This document shows positions 11,871 to 25,227 of a DNA stretch of 64,000 nt, piece after piece. The notes under the pieces were generated by a model that was given only the letters and a program-made list of their open reading frames with translations, was not told where the DNA came from and did no database searches. This DNA is from Octopus sinensis. Taxonomy: Eukaryota. Where the stretch lies: positions 26,164,001 to 26,228,000 of the forward strand of contig NC_043020.1 of assembly GCF_006345805.1 (NCBI RefSeq), given 5' to 3'. The translations under genes and the position numbers were made by a program. Numbering within the stretch: the first letter of the stretch is position 1; the number at the start of each line of letters is the position of its first letter.

Positions 11871-11915
11871 GTGCTAAATTAAGAAAGGATTATTTCTCTC
11901 TGTGTAGCATTAGAG

Positions 11916-12069
11916 TAGTGGTTCCTAACTTGTGGTCCGCGGACCCCTGGTGGTCCACAAAAGTAGTATGGGGGTGGGGTCCACAAACATGTTTCAATAT
12001 CCTGGGATCATTGGGAAAACTCATTTAAATAAAAGGGGTCCTTGGTAGGGAAAAGTCTAAGAACCACTG
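11916..12069. mobile_element. hAT (Charlie-like) MITE
   Basis: TIR-like tagtggttcctaac...aagaaccactg; flanks cattagag / atgtagag resemble an 8-bp TSD. Confidence 0.75.
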
Positions 12070-12226
12070 ATGTAGAGGCTTGTTGTGTTTTTGTTAGTAA
12101 CAGTAAAGTAGATTAGTACTGATGGTAATGGTTATGATTGTGATGCTGGTGTTAAGGTCAGTAGTGGTTTTAATGATGGTGGTTGTGATGATGGTAATAC
12201 TGTTGTTAGTAATGCTGATGCTGAAA

Positions 12227-12445
12227 GGTGGCGAGCTGGCAGAATTGTTAGCAAGCCGGTCGAAATGCTTAGCGGTATTTCGTCTGTCATTACATTCTGA
12301 GTTCAAATTTCACTGAGGTCGACTTTGCCTTTTATCCTTTCAGGAGTCGATAAATTAAGTACCAGTTGCATACTGATGTCAATCTAATCAACTGGCCCCC
12401 CTCCCCCAAAATTTCAGGCCTTGTCCCTTCAGTAGAAAAGAATAA
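12227..12445 (+). mobile_element. SINE-B, type-2 tail, near full length
   Basis: ggtggcgagctggcagaattgttagc ... aaaatttcaggccttgtcccttcagtagaaaagaat. Confidence 0.85.
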
Positions 12446-13064
12446 TGCCGGTGATGATGATAGTGATGATTGTTGCTTTCATAGCAGGATGGTGGCCCAT
12501 GATGATGGTGATGATGATGATGAGGGTGATGATGATGATGAGGGTGATGGGGATGATGATGATGATGAATTTGTTGGAAGTACTAGAATGTAAAATTGGC
12601 TCCAGCAGTAGTAGAAGTAATTGTATAAGTGGCAGCAGTGGTGGTGGTGTTATTGTAGTAGCAGTAGTAGAGGCGGTAGTAATAGTGGTCATGGTGATAG
12701 TGCTGGCTCACAATAAAACTGTTTGGCTTTCATTGTTCATATTGTTGTCGTTGTTGTTATTGTTTCCTTAACAATGTAGAGCAGATCACAAGAACTGCTC
12801 CTGATCACTCATGTGTCACATGGTACAAACACACACACACACACGTGTGCATGTACACACACATACACACACCATATGTTACACACTGAAGAGCATTTAT
12901 TATTTATTCAGTCTTTTAAAATATTTATATCTTTATATATATACATATTCCGCTTGTTCGTTATTTTTGTTCATTAATTTGAATTAATTGTTCATTTGAA
13001 TTGAATACACACACACACATGCATCCTTTTTTCAAAAATATGTATATATATTTACATTATATAT

Positions 13065-13450
13065 GCAGGAGTGGCTGTGTGGTAAGTAGCTTGCTTACCA
13101 ACCACATGGTTCTTGGTTCAGTCCCACTGCGTGGCACCTTGGGCAAGTGTCTTCTATAATGTCTATAGCCTAGGGTCAACCAAAGCCTTGTGAGTGGATT
13201 TGGTAGATGGAAACCGAAAGAAGCCTGTTCTACATATATATATATATATATATATGTTTGTGTTTGTCCCCACCAACATCGCTTGACAACCGATGCTGGT
13301 GTGTTTATGTCCCCGTAACTTAGCAGTTCAGCAAAAGAGACTGATAGAATAAGTACTAGGCTTACAAAGAATAAGACCTGGGGTCGATTTGCTCGACTAA
13401 AAACTGTGGCCACAGTCAAATGACTGAAACAAGTAAAAGAGTAAAAGAGT
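13065..13450 (+). mobile_element. SINE-A
   Basis: Head-to-tail match to the 7848 copy. Confidence 0.88.
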
Positions 13451-14020
13451 ATATATATTCATACATACACATATGCATATCTGTGTGTGTGTGCATGTGT
13501 GTATATACATCATCACCATTATCATCATGCTGGCATGGGTTGGATGGCTTGATCAGGGCTGCCAAGCTGAGGGGCCGCACCAGACTCCAGTCTAATTTGG
13601 CAGGGTTTTCTATGCTCTTCCTAACATCAACCACTCCGTGACTGTAATGGGTGCTTTTGTGTGCCACCAGTAAAAGGTGCCATTTGCATGACACCAGTAT
13701 CTTCCACAACAATGAATTCAGTTGCCTAGATGGGGTTTTTTCTGAAGCACAGCATTTTGCCGAAACCCTTGGTCTTATATGTGTGTGTGTGTGTGTATGT
13801 GTTTGTGTGTGTGTGTGTATTTTACTGAAAATAAAGTGAATTTCAAACATGGGATAGGTGTGAAAACAGCCTAGAAAATTTGGTAAATATCCCTAGAAGA
13901 CAGAAAGAAAGAATTGCCAGCAGGCAGCTACAGAGAACTGAATCCTGTATCTCTCAGATCTCAGAAATTATACAAGATTCTTCTTTAATCCTTGTTTTCC
14001 TATACGTATATATATATATA

Positions 14021-14396
14021 GGCGCAGGAGTGGCTGTGTGGTAAGTAGCTTGTTTACCAACCACATGGTTCCGGGTTCAGTCCCACTGCGTGGCACCTTG
14101 AGCAAGTGTCTTCTACTATAGCCTCGGGCCGACCAAAGCCTTGTGAGTGGATTTGGTAGATGGAAACTGTAAGAAGCCCATCGTATATATGTATATATAT
14201 ATGCGTGCTTGTATGTTTGTGTGTCTGTGTTTGTCCCCCTAGCATTGCTTGACAACCGATGCTGGTGTGTTCGGCAAAAGAGACCGATAGAATAAGTACT
14301 GGGCTTACAAAGTATAACTCCTGGGGTCGAGTTGCTCGATTAAAAGGCGGTGCTCCAGCATGGCCACAGTCAAATGACTGAAACACGTAAAAGAGT
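14021..14396 (+). mobile_element. SINE-A (small internal deletion)
   Basis: Head-to-tail match to the 7848 copy. Confidence 0.88.
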
Positions 14397-14717
14397 ATAT
14401 ATATTCATACATATATGCATGTCTGTGTGTGTGCATGTGTGTATATACATCACCATCATCATCATTTAATGTCCGTTGTCCATGCTGGCATGGGCTGGAT
14501 GGTTTGATCAGGGCTGGCATGGCTTAGGGCTGCACCAGACTCCAGTCTAATTTGGCATGGTTTTCTATGGGTGCTTTTGTGTATATATATGCATATGTGG
14601 GCACAGGACATTGTTAGATAAGACAATGCCTAAATAAAAGACAGGATGGCCACAGTTGGAGTATCAGTGATTATAAATCTACGCTATAAGGACAACTGAC
14701 CCAGGGTTAAACTAGGT

Positions 14718-14758
<41 letters not shown>

Positions 14759-15324
14759 TTTCTCACGGAGCTTGTTACTGTGTGTGTGTATATGTGTGTT
14801 TGTATGTAGCAAGGGAACATCTGTTACATAATGTGTGTGTGAGACTGTGTGGGTGTGAATTGTAGTGTGTCTGTGTTTGTATGTGAATGTGTATGTGTGG
14901 TTGGTTGTGTGTATGGCTGTATATGTTAGTGTGCCTTTGTTTGTTTGTGTGCATATATATATATGTATATATATATGCATATGTGTGCGTGTGGGTGCGG
15001 TTATGAGTGTCAAGAGAGATTCTCTGTATGACAGATGTCTGTGCCATACAGATGTCTTTGTGGGCGTTTTTGTTGCTGTCATCATCATCATTGTCATCAT
15101 TTTAGTATCTGCTTTCCCATGCTTTGCATGGATCAAATGAATTTCATCAAACTAGGTTTTTCTGAACCTGGGTACTCTCCCTGTCACCAACCCTCACCTA
15201 TTTCCAAGCAAACTAATATTTCATCATGAGCAGTTAAGTTCTCATGGAAGACTGGAAATAAATCACCCTGCTTGTATGACGGTGGCACTCATTTACAACC
15301 ATTATCATTTTCATTTTATCTAGC

Positions 15325-15695
15325 TTCAGCTCACGAATGCTTTTTAGCAATTGACATTTGGTGCATGAGAGAGTTTGATGCAGCTGCCCTCATCTGCCCC
15401 TCCTGCCGTGAAGTTGGTTCATCTGTGACACCTGACAGGAAGAGATCAAGTTTTATTTTAAAGACATCTGCATCCACCCCATGCAGGTCTCTCAGGTCCT
15501 TCGGGATGATATTGAAGAGCTGTGGACCTCTGAAGCCCAGGCTATCACAGTATCTTGTCCTACATCTTGATGGCAAATTTGGAGTCCTTGGCACTATGCA
15601 GTGGCGCCCAGTTCTAGCATTTGTGTAACTCTCAATGCCAAAGTTTGGGACAAGTCCCTCCAGGATCTTCCAGATGTATATTATGACATATTATG
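15325..15695 (-). pseudogene. CR1-group LINE ORF2 C-terminal fragment
   Basis: YVIIYIWKILEGLVPNFG...GPQLFNIIPK...FKIKLDLFL..DEP..RAAASNSL, typical post-RT motifs of CR1-group LINEs. Confidence 0.75.
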
Positions 15696-16049
15696 TGGTA
15701 TTTAGGCACAAGTGTGGCTGTGTGGTAAGAAATTTGCTTCACAACTGAATGGTTCCAGGTTCATTCCCATTGCGTAACACCTTGGACAAATATCTTCTGC
15801 TATATCCTTGTGGATTTGGCAGATGGAAACTGAAAGAAGCCTGTTATATATAAATATATGTATATATAGGTGCAGGAGTGGAAGGGACTAGTCAACTACA
15901 TCGACCCCCATACTGTTTCTCTGGTATTTAATTTGTCGACTTCGGCGTAATTTGAACTCAGAACGCAAAGACGGACGAAATGCCAGTTAGCATTTTGCCT
16001 GGCGTGCTAACAATTCTGCCAACTCATCACCTTCTCCTGTTCTATAATT

Positions 16050-16370
16050 CTGACATTTCCGCTGGTTGCTGTCCTTAAGCTCTTCATCTGTTTGCTTGTA
16101 AAACTTACCCACTTTTTGCAATCAATAGCTGAGATTTCTCAAGAAACACTGTGAAGATGATGACGTAAGATGCCAGCAGCATTTCAAAAGATATCTATAA
16201 GAATAACCCGATCAATAAGGCACTTGATCAGGCTATTCTTATTGATATTTTCGTGATATAGCTTGGGTCTTCCTCTTTGTGTTTCTTGACAAAAGCTCAC
16301 AGATATGCAGCTCTTTCAGAATTCTGTCATCGTTTTCTCTATGTTTGACATGATCTAACCGTCATAACAG
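16050..16370 (-). pseudogene. Highly decayed RTE/BovB-like LINE C-terminal fragment
   Basis: RLDHVKHRENDDRILKELHICEL resembles the RWLGHV.RM.D.RIPK.LL..EL motif; stops present. Confidence 0.4.
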
Positions 16371-16502
16371 ATGCTTACATTAAATTGACATTAAGTTTGG
16401 TTGTTGTTACACCTACGGTCACTTCCCTACCATATGGTTTAGGGTTCAGTCTCCTTGCATACCACCTTGGGTAAGGGTCTTCTATTACAGCTCTGAGTTG
16501 AC

Positions 16503-16729
16503 TTAACCCTTTCGTTACCAACCTGGCTGAAACCAACTCTGGCTCTGTAATACAAATGTCGTGTTTCCATAAGTTTTGAATTAAAATCTTCCACCAAACC
16601 TTAGTCACAATTTACGTTCCTAACACCAGCTTTAATGATAAGTTATTTTAGTAAATTCTTTGTTATATTTAAAATTAATTAAGAGAAACACAGAACATCT
16701 CAAAAGAAACATAGTAACGAAAGGGTTAA
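16503..16729. mobile_element. piggyBac-like MITE, copy 2
   Basis: TTAA-CCCTTTCGTTAC ... GTAACGAAAGGG-TTAA. Confidence 0.88.
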
Positions 16730-17024
16730 ATAGTGATGATGATAAAGTATTCCTTGTATCTGCAGACTATAGCTATGAGCAATAAACATAGCTGTGTTTA
16801 AGAAGTTAGATTGGTTAAATTGCAGTTCCAAATTTAATCCCATTTTGCAAAATCATTGAAAAATATTTTCTGCAATGAATTCTTTGTCCCAGCCAGAAGC
16901 ATTGCAAAAAGAATTGTGGTCAACAGAATCTAATTGATAGATCATCCATGTTAGTGATTCTCAACCATTTTTTTACCTGTTGGCTCTCTTTGATTCCTAT
17001 TTTGCAAGCATGGAAATATGGGCC

Positions 17025-17254
17025 TTAACCCTTTCATTACCAACCCGGCTGAAACCAGCTCTGGCTCTGTAGTACCAATGTCTTGTTTTCATAAGTTTTC
17101 AGTTAAAATCTTCCACCAAACCTTTGTCACAATTTATGTTCCTAACACTTGCTTTAATGATAACTAAGTTATTTTACTAAATTCTTTGTTATATTAAAAA
17201 TAATTTAAAGAAACACAGAGCATCTCAAAATAAATACGGTAACGAAAGGGTTAA
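17025..17254. mobile_element. piggyBac-like MITE, copy 3
   Basis: TTAA-CCCTTTCATTACC ... GGTAACGAAAGGG-TTAA. Confidence 0.88.
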
Positions 17255-17345
17255 AGCCTTGTGAGTGGACTTGGTATACGGAAACTAGAAGAAGCCTATT
17301 GTATACATGTGTGCTGTTGTGTGTGTGTATGTGTTGGATTTATAT

Positions 17346-17660
17346 GAAGGTGCACGGCTTAGTGGATAGGGTATTAGCCTCACAGTCGTAAAGTCATGAG
17401 TTCAATTCTAGGCAGCGCATTCTATCCTTGAGCAAGACACTCTATTTCACGTTGCTCCAGTCCACTCACCTGACACAATTAAGTAGTACCTGTAATTCAA
17501 AGGGGCCAAACTTGTTACTTTGTATTAAGCTGAATCTCCCTGAAAACTATGTTAAGGGTGTCTGTGGAGTACTCAGCCACTTGCACATTAATTTCATGAG
17601 CAGGCTGTTCCGTTGATCGGATCAACTGGGAGCCCTCTTTGTCATAACCGATGGAGTGCC
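17346..17660 (+). mobile_element. SINE-C (head C + tail C)
   Basis: tRNA-like head (ggcttagtggatagg; gagttcaattc); body tccttgagcaagacactctatttcacgttgctccagtcc; tail ending in hairpin gttgatc-g-gatcaac. Confidence 0.75.
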
Positions 17661-17794
17661 TGTTGATGTTGCATTTGTGATAGACCGGCGTCCTATTTAA
17701 GGGTATTAATTATAATCTCAATTATTTTCCATGGAAACTGAAACTTTGGCATTATGAGTCTTATGGATCATGACAGACATATAGCTCAGCTACA

Positions 17795-17986
17795 TATGAG
17801 GGAGTACTGAAAAGTTCCCGGCTTTAAGGATATTACAAAAGGCCTGGCTGGAGGCCCAACCTTCTGAGTTCTTTTACAGGGATCAGAAAACCTGCAATAA
17901 GTGTGTGAACCCGAGAGGGGATTATAGTGAATAAAATCATAATTCTGATTCTCCTGTATTTTGCTTTTCCCAAAGCTTGGAACTTA
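17795..17986 (+). mobile_element. Mariner-derived internally deleted element (second, truncated copy at 18336-18478)
   Basis: TIR-like tatgagggagtactgaaaagttcc joined to the transposase C-terminus (KLKDRCNKCVNLRREY in copy 2). Confidence 0.65.
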
Positions 17987-18659
17987 TGTGTGTGTATATA
18001 TATATATATATATACATATACATACAGTTGAAACCCTCCTGTCACAACTTGGGACCTTGAAGACTGCTATAACGCATGAAAGTATACTAGTCCCTTAATA
18101 TTTGATATTCAACATTTCATCTATTCAATAAGACATTTCTTCATTTTACTACTATATATATTATTTATACTATATATTCTATATTCTACATTAATATTAT
18201 AAAGAATATAAATAAAACATAAAAAACATAGTTGGAATTTCTTTGAATAATATATATCCCTCAATACACAATCACACAAACCCCTTTATATATATATATA
18301 CATACATATATACACACACACACACATTCACATACATGAGGGGATGCTGAGAAGTTCCTGGCTTTAAGGGTATCGTGAAAGGCCTGGCTGGAGGTTCAAC
18401 CTTCTGAGTTCTTTCACAGGGCTTAGAAAAACTGAAGGACCGCTGCAATAAGTGTGTGAATCTGAGAAGGGAATATTTTCTTTTATTCTTATTATGATCA
18501 TTTGACTGCGGGCATGTTAGAGCACCGCCTTTAGTCAAACAAATTGACCACAGCACTTACTCTTTGTAAGCCTAGTACTTATTCTATTGGTCCCTTTGCT
18601 GAACCGCTAAGTTATGGGGACGTAAATACTAACATCAGTTGCCAAGTGATGGTGAGAAT

Positions 18660-19038
18660 TGATGTTACCTGAGGGAGAGGCATCAGATTCTGCTTGATAC
18701 ACCCTGGCTCCAGCATCCATACCAGGATTGCTGTAAGAATGCAAAGGACCAGAAGAGGCACCAGAGGGCATCCTGCCCACCGGTCCTTGAACAATTTTCC
18801 AAATCCATTGTACTGGTGTCCCCTCACTGGCTCCTGTGCTGGTGGCACATAAAAAGCACCATCCGAACGTAGACGTTGCCAGGCCTGCTTTACTGGCTCC
18901 TGTGCCGATGGCACGTAAAAAGGTACCAGCCGATTGTGACCAACGCCAGTACCCTCTGACTGGCTCCTGTGCTGGCGGTATGTAAAAAAGCACCCACTAC
19001 ACTCTCAGGGTGGTTGGCATTGGGAAGGGCATCCAGCT
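18660..19038 (-). mobile_element. RTE 3'-UTR-derived fragment, orientation-mixed with SINE-A remnants
   Basis: gtgctggtggcacataaaaagcaccatccgaacg repeats and gtggttggcattgggaagggcatccagctgta match the RTE UTR at 2440-2570. Confidence 0.55.
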
Positions 19039-19039
19039 G

Positions 19040-19530
19040 TAAGTTAAGTTAAGTTAATTTTTTGGCTCAAAAAGCAAAAAGCAGGCCATGTAGGGGGACA
19101 TAGAGTTATGTACAGGGTGGTGTTCATGTAAAGAGTTCAGGCCACTTGTGGTCAAGAGAGACTTTGAACCGAGCGGTCGTCGGCATCTTCACTATCTCGT
19201 CCGGCAGCTTATTCCACGGATCTGCAACCTGGATGGAGAAAGCCCCACTCCTTCGATTGAGATGAAATCATCGCAGATAGAGCTTTTCGGAGTGACCCCA
19301 CAGCCGACACTCAGGAGCAGGAGTGAAGAACAGCTCTTTCGAGAGGTTACGCTTTCCGCTTATGATGTTGTGAGCAAGAATGACATCACCATGGTGTCAT
19401 CGTTTTTCTAGAGAATAAAGGTCGAGCGTCTTCAGCCTTTCTTCATAAGACAAATGCTTGAGACCAAGAACCATGCAGGTAGCCAGCTTCTGGACTCTTT
19501 CGAGATGATGTATGTCTTTGAGACCAGATT
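19040..19530 (-). mobile_element. CR1 LINE 3' end with (AACTT)n tail
   Basis: [51 protein letters not shown]; same family as 51651. Confidence 0.85.
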
Positions 19531-20084
19531 GGAGCCTGATGCAGCTGCTGGCTCTCCAGGCCTCTGTCAAACCATCCACCCCATGCCAGCATGGAAAACA
19601 GACATAAATCAATGATGATGATTATATGGTTGAGTGACTAAGAAGCTTGTTTTGCAATCAAGCAATCTGGGGTTCAGTCCCACTGTGGGGCACCTTGCGT
19701 TAGTGTCTTCTACTGTTGTCCCTGGGCAATGTCGATTTGTTGGAGGGAATTAGTTGATGTATAGCACAAACATTTGATCATTATAAACAACTCACCTGTG
19801 CAGGTTGTTTGCTTAATGATCAGCAGTATCCGTGTATCAAGCAGTTGAATCTCTAAATATTGTATGCCTGTGTTATTTCGGTATTGTTTTCTTCTCTCCA
19901 TACCTGACACTTTACGTATACACTCACACTTATATACACTATATACATGTGCTGCCATGTATAAGGGGCATCTAGTGTGTGTCCATACGCACAAACACAT
20001 ACACACAGACACACACACATACACACACTTGGTGTCTCATAAATAAAACAGCATTTTAACAGTTGTATCATATTGAATATTACC

Positions 20085-20450
20085 TTGGCAGAAATGCCAG
20101 GCGAAATGCTTAGCAGTATTTTGTCTGCCGTTACGTTCTGAGTTTAAATTCCGCCGAGGTCAACTGCCTTTCATCCTTTCGGGTCGATTAAATAAATACC
20201 AGTTACACACTGGGGTCGATGTAATCGACTTAATCCGTTTGTCTGTCCTTGTTTGTCCCCTCTATGTTTAGCCTTGTGGATAGTAAAGAAATAGGTATTT
20301 CGTCTGTCTTTACGTTCTGAGTTCAAATTCTACTGAGGCACACCATGCCTTTCATCCTTTCGAGGTCGATAAATTAAGTACCAGTTGCATACTGGGGTCA
20401 GTCTAATCGACTGGCCCCCTCGGGCTGTGTGCCTAGAGTAGAAAAGAATA
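20085..20450 (+). mobile_element. SINE-B dimer (type-1 tail unit + head-truncated type-2 unit)
   Basis: Junction taaagaaata|ggtatttcgtctgtc at 20294. Confidence 0.85.
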
Positions 20451-20539
20451 TTGAATATTGCCTTGCATATGGGTCCCCTAGAGTGCATGCAGTGTACCTC
20501 TATGTGTTCCGCTTAGTTACCGTTATACATACTTATATA

Positions 20540-22444
20540 TGTGTGTGTCTGTATGCCTATTTGTATGTATGTATGTGTGTGTGTGTGTGGATGTGACTGT
20601 ATGTTTATTTGTGTGTGTGTGGATGTGACTGTATGTTTATTTGTGTGTGTGTGAATGCCTATTTGTATGTATATGTGTGTATGCCTATTTGTATGTGTGT
20701 GTGTGTGTGTATGTATATGTATGTGTGTATGTATATGTGTGTGTGTATGCCTATATGTATATGTGTGTGTATGCCTATATGTGTATGTGTGTGTATGCCT
20801 ATATGTATATGTGTGTGTGTATGCCTACATGTATGTGTGGGTATGCCTGTATGTGTGTGTATGCTTATATGTATGTGTGTGTATGCCTATATGTATGTGT
20901 GTTTATAGGTGTGTGTGTGTATGCCTATATGTAAGTATGTGTGTATGTATATGTGTGTTAAAGACTTTGGTTATGTCTGTTCATGTATATGTATGTATAT
21001 TATAGATATTTGTTGGTGTGTGTTTATTTGTATGCAAATCTGCACATGTATGTGTCTATATAGACGTGTATATACAAGTGTATTTATGTGTGTGTGTATG
21101 TGCATGCGTGAGTGTATATATATGTATTTTATAAATTTTCATTATGCATGTTATATATGCATATATATGTGTGGGTGTATATATAATGCACACATATATG
21201 AATGTCTGGATGCATGGGTGTGTGTTTGTGTATATATATATAATTTGTGTATGTATCTATAGATGCTTATATGGAGGTGTGTGTTATGTGTATGTGAATG
21301 CATATGTGTGTGTACCCATCTGAAGACTAAATCTCACCTGTTGTGAGAATCTGGGATATTTACCTTCAAGGGATAGGTTGGGTAAAGAAAAAAATAAATA
21401 AATAGCTTTTACATAACATTCCTACTGCTGCTGCTGCTACTACTGCTACTTATGACAACTGTAATAACAATAGCTACTACTACTACTACCACCACCACCA
21501 CCACTACAATGTGATCTGTTAGCTATAAGAACAACAACAACAAAAATTCTTTCTTCTACTCTGACAATGATAATAATAATAATAATAAATACAAGTAGAA
21601 AGATCGAACAACAACAGGTACAGCATCCACCACCAGCGACACCACCACAACCAACAACTCCATCATCATCATCATCCTCATCACCAGCCACCACCACTAT
21701 CATCATCATCATCATCATCATCATGAAGAAATATTTAAAATATAGAATAGATTGATCGAGTATAAAAAAAAAATTTTATTTTATTTATTTTTTTTTTCGA
21801 AATTACATTTTCCATATATTTCTACTTAATTTTTTAAAATATTATTTTTCTAAAATAGATTTATTGATTTTTTAAAATTTTTTTCTTATTTTTTTTGTTC
21901 TTGTGTTGTTTTTGTGTTTTAAATTTTTATATCTACTTTTTATTTTTGTTTGATATAGTTTTGTGCTTTTAAACTTTAACATTTTGTACTTTTTCGAAAA
22001 TGCTATTTTCTGCGTGTGTATGTGTGTGTGTCTAGTAGATAAATGTGTATGAGTTTCAGAAATGAGGTCTCTGTATGTGTGCATGTATGTATTATTGTGT
22101 AATATGTACATGACTTGTGTATATATGCAAGCATGCATATCTATATATATATACATATATATATGCATATAATATTTATATATATAGATATATATACATA
22201 TATGCATATATATATATATATATAGATATATATACATATATGCATATATATATTTATATATATAGATATATATACATATATGCATATATATATTTATATA
22301 TATAGACATATATATATATACATATATAAATGCATATATATATACATGTATATATATAATGTGCATTTATATATGCATATTTTTGCATCAAAATAAATAG
22401 GAATGTATATACTCACATATGAATATAAAATACACACACATAAA

Positions 22445-22525
<81 letters not shown>

Positions 22526-22961
22526 GAGAGAGAGATTAATACTCACGAATACTCTCATATACTCAAACACACATATACGTATGCATTAATATACACATTA
22601 ATGCACACGTGTGTATGGGTATGTATGTGTAGTAATGTTATATATGTATGCATATATACAATATATATGTTTAAGAGTATATGTATGTATTAATGTATAC
22701 ATACAGGCATTATACACATAAAAATATATACATTGTGCATATATATATATTGTATTTATATGTATATCTGTCTGTCACCCTTCCACCTGCCTATCCATCC
22801 ATCCATCTATCTATCTATCAATATCTACCTATCTATCTATCTATCAATATCTATCTATCTATCAATATCTATCTATCTATCTCTATCAATATCTATCTCT
22901 CTATCAGTATCTATTTATCTATCAATATCTATCTCTCTATCAGTATCTATTTATCTATCAA

Positions 22962-23046
<85 letters not shown>

Positions 23047-23273
23047 GTCTGTATATCTATCTATCTATCTATCTGTCTGTATATCTATCTATCTATCTAT
23101 CTGTCTGTATATCTATCTATCTATCTGTCTATCTGTCTATCTATCTATCTATCAGTTCGTCTCTCTATGCACCCATCTAACTGTCTATTTATGAACCCAT
23201 ATCTCTCTCTCTCTCTCTTTATCCATCTATCAATCAATATTATCTATCTATCTATCTGCCTGTCTCTCTCTCT

Positions 23274-23325
<52 letters not shown>

Positions 23326-23397
23326 ATGTATGATTTGCACAGACACCCATGTGTGTGCACATCCACACACTAATGCAAACGTGCACATACACGTCTC

Positions 23398-23428
<31 letters not shown>

Positions 23429-23430
23429 TA
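20540..23430. repeat. Microsatellite complex ((TG)/(TATG) with gtatgcctat sub-unit, (TA)n, (TATC)n)
   Basis: Direct reading. Confidence 0.9.
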
Positions 23431-23977
23431 TATTTCCCCAGTCATGATAAGAGGAACAAGTGAGGATTGGCTAGTAGGAGAAACGAAGGAAAATTGATAA
23501 TTTCTTTCTCTTTACATCATCTACCACCATCACCACCATCCTCCTCATCCTCATCACCACCGCCACCACCACCTGTACACCCTCCTCCTGATATTTTAAT
23601 CAATAGCACCTTTTGGTTTTAAATGTCACTTGGTATATTAAGTGGTGGTTGTAGTGGTGGTGGTGGTGGTAGTCTGCCTGTAGTGGCAGTTGTGATTGTA
23701 GTGGTAGTGTGTTTTAGTTGCAGAGGCAGCGTGGGTGGTACTACTAGTCACTGTGATGGTGGTAGTGGTAGTTGTGCTGATGGTAGTGGCGAGGCTGTAG
23801 TTGCAGTGGTAGTAGTCACGGTGAGGCTATAGTAGCAATAGTGGTATTGGTACTAGTATTGTAACTGTGGTGGTGTTGGTTGTAGTAGTAGTTGTGGTTG
23901 TGGTGGGAGTAGTAGTGGTAGAAATATTAGTGGTAGTGATGGTGGTGGTTGTAATAGGGTAGTAGCAGTAGTAGTAT

Positions 23978-24008
<31 letters not shown>

Positions 24009-24482
24009 GGTGGTGGTGGTGGTAGTAGTAGTAGCAGTAGTAGCAGTAGTGGTGGTGGTGGTAGTAGTTGTAGTAGTAGTAGTAGTAGTAAAAGACTGTC
24101 AACATGTCTGCAAAATTTGTTTAGACAGAAGCAAATTATGGTGAGACAACGGTAATAAGGTGTCGGTGAGGTGGTGGCGGTGCTGTGATGTGTTGGTGGT
24201 GGTAGTGATGATGATGATGATCTATTTAAGGAAGTGGATATTATACAAAGATGGTTCCAAACCAGGAACCTGTTCTTAAGTATATTTAGTCATATATATA
24301 TACACATATATATTCCATATTTTAACTTGTATAAGGAACCCTTTTTTTGTCAAAAATTAGGTTAAAAAATATGAAGGTTTCTTACACATGGATAGTATTA
24401 TAATGCCTTACAAAACCTTTTTTCTAAATGTTAAACCCCAAAAATTAGGGGTTCTTTATACATGTTGAAATACAGTGTATAA

Positions 24483-25090
24483 GCATGGCTGTGTGGTAAG
24501 TAGCTTGCTTACCAGCCACATGGTTCTGGGTTCAGTCCCACTGCATGGCATCTTGGGCAAGAGTCTTCTACTATAGCCTCGGGCTGACCAAAGCCATGTG
24601 AGTGGATTTGGTAGACACAAACTGAAAGAAGACCATTGTGTATATATGATAGATCGTTAGCCACTACACACATTTTTTTCTCTCCTTGATTTTTCTGTGT
24701 ACCTTTCTGTAGAAGAGTGTAGGCTCAAAATGTAAGACTTTTTCTATTCCTGAACGCTATACTAATACATCTGTTTGTTTTGTACACCACCTGTCTTCGT
24801 CTTTTGTTTTTTTTCATAAACTTTCCCTATATATGTATATATATATGTATATATATATGTATATATATGTATGTATGTGTGTGTATATGTTTGTGTCTGT
24901 GTTTGTCCCCTCAACATCACTTGATAACCGATGCTGGTGTGTTTACATCTCCATAACTTAGCAGTTCAGTAAAAGAGACCGATAGATTAAATACTAGGCT
25001 TACAAAGATTAAGTCCTGGAGTCGATTTGCTTGACTAAAGGCAGTGTTCCAGCATGGCCACCATCAAATGACTGAAACAAGTAAAAGCGT
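24483..25090 (+). mobile_element. SINE-A split by a ~180-bp insertion in its internal (TA) tract
   Basis: Head half 24483-24645; foreign segment 24650-24830; tail half 24890-25090. Confidence 0.8.
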
Positions 25091-25123
25091 AAACAAGTCG
25101 TCTGTAAGCAAAACTACATCACG

Positions 25124-25227
25124 TTCATGTCATATGTTCATGTCATATGTTCATGTCATATGTTCATGTCATATGTTCATGTCATATGTTCATGTCATAT
25201 GTTCATGTCATATGTTCATGTCATATG
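25124..25227. repeat. 13-bp tandem repeat (tcatgtcatatgt) x~8
   Basis: Perfect tandem units read directly. Confidence 0.95.

Noticed and set aside
13968-14386. Recurrent ORFs such as MSSNARGTNT.. and ..PRCHAVGLNPEPCGW
   Set aside because: They are antisense translations of SINE-A copies.
16109-16194. Minus-strand exon with signal-peptide-like MLLASYVIIFTVFLEKSQLLIAKS and a GTAAGT donor
   Set aside because: It lies within a decayed RTE C-terminal fragment, and donor matches are expected by chance. Exonisation is not excluded.
21750-21990. Extremely A/T-rich irregular tracts (also 3480-3900, 55630-55810, 60130-60440)
   Set aside because: No structure found; they may be low-quality consensus with homopolymer errors.
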